DNA of 20,000 nt from IMG/VR virus record IMGVR_UViG_3300037400_002380; one strand, given 5' to 3'. Position 1 is the first letter of the stretch; each line of letters begins with the position of its first letter. Shown here piece by piece: positions 7,218 to 15,623 of this stretch. The stretch is from an uncultured virus (IMG/VR IMGVR_UViG_3300037400_002380). Lineage: Duplodnaviria > Heunggongvirae > Uroviricota > Caudoviricetes. The translations under genes were made by a program, and so were the position numbers. Under the pieces are notes generated by a model. The model did not search any database. It was not told the DNA's origin and worked only from the letters and a program-made list of their open reading frames with translations.

Positions 7218-7412
7218 ATGATGGCTGATATGGTATCTATAAAGTCATACGAAGAGTTTGTTAAGCAGTGGGACGATACTCTTGAGCTTATGCGCAAAAG
7301 CGGGTTAGACAATGGTTTCTACAGAATTGGCGATTTCATTACTAACGACGGCGTTACTGGATATTTTCTGCCTGGTTTGTATGAAAATTCGAAGAAAGGA
7401 GAACAAAGATGA
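7218..7412 (+). CDS. Hypothetical protein
   Basis: 64-aa ORF, GAGGAG RBS, ATGA overlap with the next gene. Confidence 0.7.
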   Translation: MMADMVSIKSYEEFVKQWDDTLELMRKSGLDNGFYRIGDFITNDGVTGYFLPGLYENSKKGEQR

Positions 7413-8320
7413 TCAAAATTGAAAACGTTAGCACTGTTGGATGGGAGCCGGCTATTAGAGGTGCCAGAAATCCTATGAACTCGTGGGAGAAGAGTGATAC
7501 GCTGGTTGATAACAGATATTGCGAAGCAATCGATGACATATTTGGAGAAACCGTATTCTCCGACGAAGACAGCGAATCCGGCTATTACATGTACGACGGA
7601 CCTGAAGAAAAAGAACATTTATATTCTTGGGCTATGAACGATCGTAAGCAGCCTGAATTTGTGAACTTCCATAACGGAATCTGTATCGGCCCAAACGACC
7701 TGAAGCTCCTGACTAACCTTGCAAAAGCTGGGTCAGACGAAGCTAAGTTCCGGAGAATGATCGTGGTATATCTGGACGTGACTGCGCCAATGTACTGGTG
7801 GAAGGAAGCTGATACATACAAGGTTGGCACTGTCAGAAACTCATGCTCCACCATGCACAAGATCCATGCTAAGGAGTTTAAGCTTGGTGACTTCTCTACG
7901 GAACATTTGTTTGCTCCGATGGGCGCATTACCTGATTCCAAAGAAGAAAGAGATGATCAATGCATTATTGAGATGTGGCCAGATCAGTACACTAGCCCAT
8001 ACGGAACTATGGTGATTGACATTAAAGCTCTCAATACTGCCAGGGAGTTATATCTCAAAACCAAAGACAAGAAGTACTGGTGGCAGATGATCCAGCTTCT
8101 TCCTTCGTCCTACAACCAGCGAGCTACTCTCATGCTGAACTATGAAGTTCTGGCCAATATGTACCATGCCAGGAAGAACCATAAACTTGATGAGTGGCGT
8201 GAGTTCTGCGAGTGGATCGAGACTCTTCCTTATGCCAAAGAGCTGATTATCTGTCCTACAATTAATGATATGCCGATTAGCCCGTTGCTGGATCCAAATT
8301 ACAAGGTCGGTGAACAATGA
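7409..8320 (+). CDS. Divergent ThyX/Thy1-like protein (flavin-dependent thymidylate synthase fold)
   Basis: AIRGARNPMNSW, KFRRMI.V..DVTAP.YWW.E.DTYK.GT..NS.STMH, LLPSSY, NY..L...Y..RKNHKL.EW match the phage ThyX-like family as I recall it. Confidence 0.65.
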   Translation: MIKIENVSTVGWEPAIRGARNPMNSWEKSDTLVDNRYCEAIDDIFGETVFSDEDSESGYYMYDGPEEKEHLYSWAMNDRKQPEFVNFHNGICIGPNDLKLLTNLAKAGSDEAKFRRMIVVYLDVTAPMYWWKEADTYKVGTVRNSCSTMHKIHAKEFKLGDFSTEHLFAPMGALPDSKEERDDQCIIEMWPDQYTSPYGTMVIDIKALNTARELYLKTKDKKYWWQMIQLLPSSYNQRATLMLNYEVLANMYHARKNHKLDEWREFCEWIETLPYAKELIICPTINDMPISPLLDPNYKVGEQ

Positions 8321-8332
8321 AAGGAGAATCTG

Positions 8333-8635
8333 ATGGGTCAGATAAGTGACGACAACTGCTGTACATATATGGAGCATATCGCAAGTTATAAAGAGTTCCC
8401 CAAAATTCGAATTGGATTTGAAGGGTACGGTTTCACTCTCGACTATGAAGGATATGATAACGAGTTCTGGGAAAAGTTTGAATCTATGTTCAAGACGTTC
8501 ACCAAAGACGTGTTGGAGTCTTATGAAGAATTTAAAAACTTTAATTTAGATTCCCGTTACGAAAGCTGTTTCTATACAATGATCGAGGACTTCGAGACCC
8601 ATGATTGTGCTTTTACAGCCAAGAAGGGAGTATGA
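8333..8635 (+). CDS. Hypothetical protein, paralog of 6927-7208
   Basis: GAAAGGAG RBS; shared motifs with 6927-7208. Confidence 0.8.
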   Translation: MGQISDDNCCTYMEHIASYKEFPKIRIGFEGYGFTLDYEGYDNEFWEKFESMFKTFTKDVLESYEEFKNFNLDSRYESCFYTMIEDFETHDCAFTAKKGV

Positions 8636-8638
8636 CCG

Positions 8639-8830
8639 ATGATATCTTTAGCCGTAAAGCCTTATTGCAATAATTGCGATTATTTTGAACCGGAAAAATC
8701 AAGTGTTATATATGCCGACGAAAATTCGTATACGGAAGTTATGTGCAAAAATAAGCGTAAGTGCGACCAGATTGAAGCATATCTTAGGCGTGAAATGCAA
8801 AAGGAGGACCACAGTAGCCATGAAAATTGA
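8639..8830 (+). CDS. Small Cys-containing hypothetical protein
   Basis: 63 aa, CNNC...C....C; tightly packed in the operon. Confidence 0.7.
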   Translation: MISLAVKPYCNNCDYFEPEKSSVIYADENSYTEVMCKNKRKCDQIEAYLRREMQKEDHSSHEN

Positions 8831-9047
8831 AGAACTGAAAAAGGTGCGTGATATTTTAAGTAACGTTTTAAAATGTCACAAAACAGAAGATTGCAATGTT
8901 GCGTGCGGAATCTGTCCAAATAATTTCGACGAAAATGAGTATGACGAAGCGTTATATACGGCTATAACAGTAATAGGAGATGTTATAAAACAAATGGAAA
9001 AGATGACCACGAGGGAGGTTTTGACGACCAATGATATCTCTAATTAA
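8820..9047 (+). CDS. Hypothetical protein (75 aa)
   Basis: Start reassigned to ATG 8820 behind AAGGAGG; C.....C...C..C cluster. Confidence 0.7.
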   Translation: MKIEELKKVRDILSNVLKCHKTEDCNVACGICPNNFDENEYDEALYTAITVIGDVIKQMEKMTTREVLTTNDISN

Positions 9048-9192
9048 CACTGTTATCACCGTGATATTTTTTCTTTTTATCCTTGTTGTGTTCATCGGCT
9101 CTATAGGAGCAATTTTAGAGATTCTTGCAGATCGTGTTCTTAGGAAGGAGGACCATGGGAAGAGCAGAAAGGAGGGCTCAACAGAAGATTAA
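9031..9192 (+). CDS. Small membrane protein (53 aa)
   Basis: Manual translation MISLINTVITVIFFLFILVVFIGSIGAILEILADRVLRK...; GGAGGT upstream; fills the gap between genes. Confidence 0.5.
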   Translation: MISLINTVITVIFFLFILVVFIGSIGAILEILADRVLRKEDHGKSRKEGSTED

Positions 9193-9469
9193 ACAGCCTA
9201 CTTATCTGCACCAGGAGAAAAGATGGAAGGCGCATATTCGTGAGATGGTTCCGAAGATATATGCTGCCTTCTGTCTTATTCTTCACGAGAAGTATGGCTT
9301 AACGTTTGAGCAAATTGTGGATATTTTGGCTGCTACACAGGATTTATGGCAGTCTGATGGCGATAATGGCTTTGATATTCTGAAAGCCTGTGCCGAAAAG
9401 ACTGGCATTAATCTGATGAGCAAAGTGACTGCTGATGCGCTAGATGTGAAAGGAGACGCTGAGATATGA
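9155..9469 (+). CDS. Hypothetical protein (104 aa)
   Basis: ATG 9155 behind AAGGAGG; begins MGRAERR. Confidence 0.75.
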   Translation: MGRAERRAQQKIKQPTYLHQEKRWKAHIREMVPKIYAAFCLILHEKYGLTFEQIVDILAATQDLWQSDGDNGFDILKACAEKTGINLMSKVTADALDVKGDAEI

Positions 9470-9678
9470 TCGCTTTGAAATGTGATAACTGTGGTGGATA
9501 TTACGACCATAAAATCAGAGAAATTACGAAAATAGCATTCCGTCTACCCAGTGGCGCTGTGGTTAAAGAGGAGGATGTTTGTCCTGAATGCTTGGCGGCT
9601 GTTGACAAGGCTCTGGATGATCGGAAAAAGATCAAGATTCAGAAAAAGACCGATCGGCTTGAGGATGATCTTAAATGA
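9466..9678 (+). CDS. Small zinc-finger-like protein
   Basis: CDNCG...DVCPEC; ATGA overlap. Confidence 0.75.
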   Translation: MIALKCDNCGGYYDHKIREITKIAFRLPSGAVVKEEDVCPECLAAVDKALDDRKKIKIQKKTDRLEDDLK

Positions 9679-9699
9679 TATTTATAGAAAGGAGGATAA

Positions 9700-9888
9700 A
9701 TGGATACGTTTGAAAAAGAGCAATCCAAAAAATTGAATGCCACACTGAAAGAAATTTCTAAGGGCATTACCAGGTTGGGCAACGAGATAGTGAAACTGCG
9801 GGACACCATTGAGAGGAATGGTTACGCGGTATTGCCAACCATCGAAATGACAGAAGAGAAAGGAGAAACAGATGAAAACGAAGAATGA
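9700..9888 (+). CDS. Hypothetical protein
   Basis: 62 aa, GAAAGGAGG RBS. Confidence 0.7.
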   Translation: MDTFEKEQSKKLNATLKEISKGITRLGNEIVKLRDTIERNGYAVLPTIEMTEEKGETDENEE

Positions 9889-10912
9889 TTGCGAGCGTGA
9901 TTATATAAAAGAGGCCTTTGATAAGCTGTATAATCGCGTTATGCCGTTTGTCGATTTGACACAGTTTTCCAATGCAGACACAGCGTTCAAAGAGCTTGAC
10001 AAAAAAGTTCATAGTGAAATTTATATTCTGAAGAAGTGTCTTGCTGAAAGCGACAGAGCGGTCGACGCAGGTCTTACCAGATCAAAAGTGCTGCAGGAAA
10101 GGATCCACGAGCTTGAGGGAGAAAACGCCAGCCTTCGTGCAACTACTTTTGACGCTATAGACGAGAAGGAAAAAGAGATCAACGATCTGAAGAAAAAGAT
10201 ACAGTATCTTGAGACAGAAAACGCCAGCCTTCGTGAAACTCCCTTTGACACACTCGAAGCTCTGAAGAAAGAGAACAGCGCACTGAGAACACATAATGAA
10301 GCTCTTTCTGCTGTGTGTGAAAGCCATTTGAAAGCCCTGTCTGAAGCAAAAGCAGACGTTACGCGGTATAAAAAGAGTTTCATGGTGCATCACGAAGAGA
10401 ACGATCGCCTGCGCGGGGTTGTGGACACACTTGAAAAGGAGATCAACACCCTTAAGAAGAAGATCCATGATCTCGAGGAAGAAGTCGACATCCTCAACGA
10501 AGATATAGAAGCGCTTATAGAAGAAAACGCAGATAACGCAACCAGGATAGAATCTCTGAAGAAGGCTAACAGTGCTCTGAGGAGAGATAATGGAATACTG
10601 TGGTCGAAGATAGAAGAAGTTGATATTACCACACGCCCATGGCATGGTGATGCTAATGCTAGAACTCACCACAAATCCCTTGTAGAGACAATTGAAGAAC
10701 TTAAAGCGGAGAAAGCAAGACTCGAAGAGAAGATAGATCTGTCGTACGGGCATGAATTCGAGTTCGGCGACAAAGTATATGTTCCGTGGTCTGATGGACC
10801 GTACATGTATGTTATACGTGGGCGGTTATATAATCCGAGAACAGAAAATCTTGTCTATATAAGCGGAACGGAGCATCTCAAGTGGTTCGGAGATAAGTTT
10901 TCGATCGTATAA
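9872..10912 (+). CDS. Long coiled-coil protein with internal repeats
   Basis: Heptad-rich E/K/L composition; LE.ENASLR.T.FD repeated; GAAAGGAG RBS. Confidence 0.8.
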   Translation: MKTKNDCERDYIKEAFDKLYNRVMPFVDLTQFSNADTAFKELDKKVHSEIYILKKCLAESDRAVDAGLTRSKVLQERIHELEGENASLRATTFDAIDEKEKEINDLKKKIQYLETENASLRETPFDTLEALKKENSALRTHNEALSAVCESHLKALSEAKADVTRYKKSFMVHHEENDRLRGVVDTLEKEINTLKKKIHDLEEEVDILNEDIEALIEENADNATRIESLKKANSALRRDNGILWSKIEEVDITTRPWHGDANARTHHKSLVETIEELKAEKARLEEKIDLSYGHEFEFGDKVYVPWSDGPYMYVIRGRLYNPRTENLVYISGTEHLKWFGDKFSIV

Positions 10913-10915
10913 CTA

Positions 10916-10940
10916 CGCATATTTTGCAATCTTCTTTATA
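10916..10940 (+). promoter_or_regulatory. Putative phage promoter motif copy 6
   Basis: cgca-tatttt-gc-aatcttct-ttata. Confidence 0.7.
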
Positions 10941-10977
10941 GGTAGGAAACTAAAAACTTATTATAAGGAGGTACTGT

Positions 10978-11337
10978 ATGTGCACTATTAAGGAACTTCA
11001 TGACAAGATGACAGACATCGTGGCCGTGAAGGCTAACGAAGCCGGGGGAAGGATCAACCTCGCTCGGAAAATTGGCTGTAGTGACAGGCTTGTACATGGG
11101 ATTCTTGACAGAGTCGAGTATCCGTCTAAGAAATCATTCGAACTTTGGTTCGGACCGATGACTGATTTTGACGGTCGCGTCGACGAGTCGGAACTGCCCA
11201 TGGCCGGTTTGCTCGTGAACGACAATTACGAGCCGAAGGATGACAAACTCCCGTTCATCGTTAGGTGTCCGGAATACGATGTGTTGTCAAAAATCTTAGA
11301 ACCTTTGGGATACAGCATTAAAATCACAAAAAAGTAA
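10978..11337 (+). CDS. Putative HTH (Cro/XRE-like) DNA-binding protein
   Basis: GGRINLARKIGCSDRLVHGIL...YPS; AAGGAGGT RBS. Confidence 0.65.
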   Translation: MCTIKELHDKMTDIVAVKANEAGGRINLARKIGCSDRLVHGILDRVEYPSKKSFELWFGPMTDFDGRVDESELPMAGLLVNDNYEPKDDKLPFIVRCPEYDVLSKILEPLGYSIKITKK

Positions 11338-11357
11338 GTGAGGATAAGAAAACCGAC

Positions 11358-11407
11358 AAGACTCTCTGTGAGTATCGAAATGATATTTACAGGGAGTCTT
11401 TTGTTTT
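11358..11407 (+). terminator. Intrinsic terminator (family A)
   Basis: aagactctctgtgagtatc-gaaat-gatatttacagggagtctt plus T tract. Confidence 0.85.
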
Positions 11408-11432
11408 CGCAATATTTGCGTTCTCTATTATG
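11408..11432 (+). promoter_or_regulatory. Putative phage promoter motif copy 7
   Basis: cgca-atattt-gc-gttctcta-ttatg. Confidence 0.7.
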
Positions 11433-11473
11433 GAACTATTAACTTTTATGACATTCCATAAAGGAGGACAAAA

Positions 11474-11839
11474 ATGGAATATACGTTTGAGAACATGCAG
11501 CGGACTGTCCAAAAGATAAAGGACGAAGAAAATCTTTCATGGAAACAGATGGCAGAACTGTTTGGTTTCAAAACACCAAATTCTGTCAACCAGTATGCTA
11601 CGGGTTCAAAAAAATACTCTCCAAAAGCGTTCCGTCGGCACTTTGGACCGATTGAACAGTATTGGAAGAGTGAAAAGAAACCCAAAGCAGAACAAGTTGA
11701 GGCAGTTGTTGAGGAGAAACCGGAGGAAAAGCCGCAGGAAACTGAAAAAGACGGAATCGTCCTGAGTTGCAAGACGGTTGAGGAACTTGTGAAATTGTTA
11801 GACATTGTCGGATACAGAATGGAGGTGATAAAGAAATAG
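11474..11839 (+). CDS. Putative HTH (XRE-like) DNA-binding protein
   Basis: NLSWKQMAELFGFKTPNSVNQYATG; AAGGAGG RBS. Confidence 0.7.
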   Translation: MEYTFENMQRTVQKIKDEENLSWKQMAELFGFKTPNSVNQYATGSKKYSPKAFRRHFGPIEQYWKSEKKPKAEQVEAVVEEKPEEKPQETEKDGIVLSCKTVEELVKLLDIVGYRMEVIKK

Positions 11840-11852
11840 TCACTTGTAAACC

Positions 11853-11896
11853 GGGTGCGAGGCTCAGCAAGGGTCACACACCCTTTTTATTTTTTT
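11853..11896 (+). terminator. Probable intrinsic terminator
   Basis: gggtg...caccc imperfect stem followed by T runs. Confidence 0.55.
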
Positions 11897-11915
11897 CATA
11901 TAAGGAGAATAAATT

Positions 11916-13280
11916 ATGAACTCTAAGCTTGTAACGACAACCATCTTATCACCCAATCATTCGGGAAAGAGGTGCCACAAAGTAACCCGCATAACGCCTC
12001 ACTGCATGGTTGGACAGCTAAGTGCTACTGAATGTGGGCATCTCTTTGCGAATGCTCACTACGAGGCGTCAAGCAACTATGGTATCGGGACTGGTGGCGT
12101 AATTGGTCTGTATGTTGACGAGGACAACCGGTCATGGTGCTCAAGCTCTGCAGACAACGACAACCGTGCTATCACCATTGAATGTGCATCCGACACTAAG
12201 CATCCTTACGCCATGAACCAGCAGGTATGGAATTCGCTTGTGGAACTCTGCACTGATATTTGTGTGAGGTATGGCAAGACTAAGACGATCTGGTTCAACG
12301 ACAAGGCTACGACCCTTGCTTATGTGCCAAAAGACAATGAAATGATATTTACAGCCCATCGGTGGTTTGCTGCTAAGGCGTGTCCTGGTGATTGGCTGTA
12401 CAAAAGGATGGGCAAATTGTCTGAAGAAGTCAATAAAAAGCTCTCTCAGACTACGTTTTGGCCAGAAAAAGAGATCGAACGGCCTAAAACAGGGGTGATC
12501 TATGATACAGAAGAGGACCGCGAGAGGGATATCTGGCACTTTTTCAAGGTCAACAGTGACTTCAACGACTTCGGAATCGCTGGACTTATGGGAAATTTAT
12601 ATTCTGAAAGCGCTCTTAGACCCAACAATCTGCAGAATTCTTTCGAGAAGAAGCTGAAAATGACCGATAAGTCCTATACAACGGGTGTAAACGACGAAAC
12701 TTATAGCCGTGAGCAGTTTATCAACGATGGCGCTGGCTATGGATTGGCTCAGTGGACCTTCAGAACACGGAAAGCTGCCCTTTATGACTTCATTTTGGGT
12801 GGTGCGAACGGTCATTTGGCCTCGATCGACGATTTATATTTGCAGTGTGCGTTCCTTCTGAAGGAATTGGTGCAGTACAAAGAGGTTTACAAGGTCCTTT
12901 CCAAGGCTGTCAGCGTCAAACAGGCGTCTGATATTGTCCTGACACAGTTCGAAAAGCCTGCTGATCAGAGTAATTCGGTCAAAAACAAGCGTGCGGCCTT
13001 CGGAAAAGTCTATTATGACAAGTATTCCGACGCTAAAAAGGACGTCGTGAAGGAAAATCTGGGCTTTTATATTCAGTATGGCGCCTTCAGCACGAAGAAA
13101 AACGCTGAAAAGAGACTTGCTGAGATCGAAAAACACGGTTTTGAGGGAAAAGTTGAGAAATTTGACGGCTATTATCGTGTAATTCATGGATATTTCAAGG
13201 ATCGAAGTGAACTTGATGGCATTGTTTCGGCTGCAAGAAGTAAGAAGTTCGATGTTATTGTCAAAGAAAGGAAGGTTTGA
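11916..13280 (+). CDS. Cell-wall hydrolase: Amidase_2 + phage-tail-lysozyme-like + SPOR domains
   Basis: ITPHC, ASSNYGIG, AITIECA, HRWF..KACPG (amidase); GIAGLMGNLYSES, GYGLAQWT, FEKPA (tail lysozyme); YIQYGAFS...NA (SPOR). Confidence 0.88.
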   Translation: MNSKLVTTTILSPNHSGKRCHKVTRITPHCMVGQLSATECGHLFANAHYEASSNYGIGTGGVIGLYVDEDNRSWCSSSADNDNRAITIECASDTKHPYAMNQQVWNSLVELCTDICVRYGKTKTIWFNDKATTLAYVPKDNEMIFTAHRWFAAKACPGDWLYKRMGKLSEEVNKKLSQTTFWPEKEIERPKTGVIYDTEEDRERDIWHFFKVNSDFNDFGIAGLMGNLYSESALRPNNLQNSFEKKLKMTDKSYTTGVNDETYSREQFINDGAGYGLAQWTFRTRKAALYDFILGGANGHLASIDDLYLQCAFLLKELVQYKEVYKVLSKAVSVKQASDIVLTQFEKPADQSNSVKNKRAAFGKVYYDKYSDAKKDVVKENLGFYIQYGAFSTKKNAEKRLAEIEKHGFEGKVEKFDGYYRVIHGYFKDRSELDGIVSAARSKKFDVIVKERKV

Positions 13281-14941
13281 TAGCTATGTTGTGGTATAGA
13301 GTACAAATTGGAGCCTATGCTCTGAAGAAATCTGCTGAAAAAGTGTCCGTCGACCTGATCGAGAAGGGGTTTAAGACCGCTATCGTCCATGAAGGACTGC
13401 TTTACAAGGTCAGAGTCGGCAGTTTCCAGGATAAAGCGAAGGCCGAGAAGGTTCTGGCACGTGTCCATGAGCATAAAAACTACAGAAAAGCGAAGATTCT
13501 TGAGTGGGACGATGGCGTAAAGATCGGTGAAAAGCACGGAACCGGCGTGATTATTCGTGAAAACGAGGCTAATCAGGTCCTCACCATGATCGAAAACAGA
13601 TATTTGGACCGCGATGACGCTCATAAGAGGGTTATGGCGGACTTCAATGCGCTTGCGGACAAGGTCGGAAAGCCTCATATGAAGGACACCAGTGGATGGT
13701 GTACAGAAACCCTGGTGTCTGCGTTCAATCTTTGTGGTCTTTTGGACCTTGTTGGGTATGCTACAGGCGCTCCTGCTCTGAAAAAGAATGCTAAAGAGCG
13801 TGGTACGTGGATCAGTGGGACTCCGGATCACTACGAACCCGGTGATATTTGCGTTTATCAGAGTGATGCCGGCGACCCTAACCATGTAGAAATCAGTATT
13901 GATCAGGAATGGAACTATACTGGCAACCGTAATGGTGGATGCCATAAGCGTAAAAAGACTGATCGACACAGCAAACTCAACGGCGTGATCAGACCTAAAT
14001 ACAAGACTATTGATATTCCGGTTGATGACGACGATACGGCTTTGGTCGATTACAATCCCAGGATCGATCTTGTAGCTATCTGGCTCAGTGAGACCCATGA
14101 GAGCAAGTATGGTGATGCTCAGGTCTTTATTGAGTATGGTCCTGACGACAAGACCATTGCCCATGCTGTGCTTGTGGATACTGGTCAGAATGGATGCGAC
14201 ACCATTGCAAAGCTTAAGAAACTTGGGGTTAAGACTCTGGATGCCGTTGTGATCTCTCATGCCCATGGCGATCACTATGGATATTTGAAAGAGATTCTTA
14301 ATCAGTTCAAGGTTCTGCATCTGTATTTGCCTGGGATTGCGGGTCTTAAGAAGTATCAGAAGAGCTATGCTACAGCCATTCAGAATCAGGAAACGAGGGC
14401 TAAGAAGCTCGGTATTCCTGTCACTTATATGACTACTGGATCGTCGTTTACCATCGGACACATCGAATGTGAGTGCGTTTATCAGGTTCTTGCCAGTGAT
14501 CTGAGCGAGCACGACAACCATCACTTCGTCAATAACCAGTCCACTGTATTGATATTTACTTTGGAAGGTGTTGGTAAGGTTCTGTTAACTGGCGATCTGA
14601 GTAATCCTGGAAACAGGGTTGTTATGAAGAAAGTTCCTCGTGAATATTTGCAGGCTGACATTGCCAAGTGCGGATGGCATGGTGATGGTAATGCTATGAC
14701 CATTGACTGGGCCAAGTTCATCGGTGCTTGGGCTTGGTACTGGAATTATCACCATGCTATGCGTAAGGGCGGACGTCAGAATACCTTAAAGAAATTGAAG
14801 AATGCCGGGGTTCTTGAGAAACATATCTACAGGAACTATGAAGATGGCGACATCACCTTCTCCTACAAGAACGGATCCTGGACTATTACCAAGTCCAAAG
14901 ACAGTAAGAACCATGAGGTAGTTAAGTCCAGGTTCACTTGA
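13277..14941 (+). CDS. SPOR + CHAP/NlpC-like + MBL-fold (ComEC/Pce-like) hydrolase
   Basis: YRVQIGAY/YKVRVGSF (SPOR); GWCTET...PGDI...NHVEI...GN (CHAP-like); LVDTG, SHAHGDHYG, NNQS, LLTGDL, WHG (MBL). Start could be ATG 13286. Confidence 0.8.
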   Translation: MIAMLWYRVQIGAYALKKSAEKVSVDLIEKGFKTAIVHEGLLYKVRVGSFQDKAKAEKVLARVHEHKNYRKAKILEWDDGVKIGEKHGTGVIIRENEANQVLTMIENRYLDRDDAHKRVMADFNALADKVGKPHMKDTSGWCTETLVSAFNLCGLLDLVGYATGAPALKKNAKERGTWISGTPDHYEPGDICVYQSDAGDPNHVEISIDQEWNYTGNRNGGCHKRKKTDRHSKLNGVIRPKYKTIDIPVDDDDTALVDYNPRIDLVAIWLSETHESKYGDAQVFIEYGPDDKTIAHAVLVDTGQNGCDTIAKLKKLGVKTLDAVVISHAHGDHYGYLKEILNQFKVLHLYLPGIAGLKKYQKSYATAIQNQETRAKKLGIPVTYMTTGSSFTIGHIECECVYQVLASDLSEHDNHHFVNNQSTVLIFTLEGVGKVLLTGDLSNPGNRVVMKKVPREYLQADIAKCGWHGDGNAMTIDWAKFIGAWAWYWNYHHAMRKGGRQNTLKKLKNAGVLEKHIYRNYEDGDITFSYKNGSWTITKSKDSKNHEVVKSRFT

Positions 14942-14958
14942 TATTCTGAGAGGTTAAT

Positions 14959-15126
14959 ATGGGGGACAAGAAAAGAGGCAGACCTAAGAAACGTTATCTA
15001 GTAAGAAAGACCAAAGAGATCAGACTGAGGCTCTCGCCGTTGCAATATGATCAAATTAGAGTCCGCGCAGAGAGAGATGGCGTGTCTATGAGCGAGTATA
15101 TTCGCAGTCTTTTACCTATTTTTTAG
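14959..15126 (+). CDS. Ribbon-helix-helix (MobC/NikA-like) DNA-binding protein with RGRP motif (55 aa)
   Basis: Manual translation MGDKKRGRPKKRYLVRKTKEIRLRLSPLQYDQIRVRAERDGVSMSEYIRSLLPIF*; GAGG RBS; not in the ORF track. Confidence 0.75.
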   Translation: MGDKKRGRPKKRYLVRKTKEIRLRLSPLQYDQIRVRAERDGVSMSEYIRSLLPIF

Positions 15127-15552
15127 GCCTACAAAAAATAAAAATCTCTGCCCACTTTTGAGTTTTTGAAAGTGGGCAAAACCCACTTTTTTTTGGCCAT
15201 TGACATAAAGTCGATTTTTGAGGCCTACAAAAAATAGAAAAAATGGGTATTTTTTAGGCCTACAAAAAATAGTTTTTTGGCCAAAAGCCCACTTTTGCCC
15301 ACTTTCGAAATGGCCAAAAATGGGCAGAAAATGGGCAAAATTTGATTTTTTGTAGGCCTCATAAATAGCGAAAAAATGCCAAAAAACGCCCAAAAACGGC
15401 CTTTTTTATTTTTTAGGCCTACAAAAAATAGAGAGCTCTGGCCAAAAACCCACTTTTATTTTAAATTAATTGCGAAAAAAAAAATAATAATTATATAGTA
15501 ATTAACGAAAAAAAGTGGGCTTTTGGCCAGAGAATTTTTGTAGGCCTAAAAA
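15118..15552. repeat. Non-coding region of direct and inverted repeats; candidate replication origin
   Basis: AGGCCTACAAAAA direct at 15125, 15221, 15256, 15415 and inverted ending at 15359 and 15547; several CCCACTTT/AAAGTGGG and TGGCCA copies; AT-rich core ~15455-15512. Confidence 0.8.
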
Positions 15553-15623
15553 TTCATTGATATTTTAGGCAGATTTATCTCCCAGTTTCATGGTACAATA
15601 AAAGAAACGAAAGGAGGTAAAAC

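Noticed and set aside
13184..14524. 446-aa minus-strand ORF
   Set aside because: Antisense shadow of a plus-strand gene with clear domains; no recognisable motifs.
13277..14941. Interpreting the MBL-fold domain as a beta-lactamase resistance gene
   Set aside because: Motifs (DTG, HxHxDH, NN.S, LTGD, HG) fit the ComEC/Pce branch, and the domain is fused to cell-wall modules.
15112..15393. 93-aa minus-strand ORF
   Set aside because: F/K-rich translation of A/T-tract repeats; likely non-coding.
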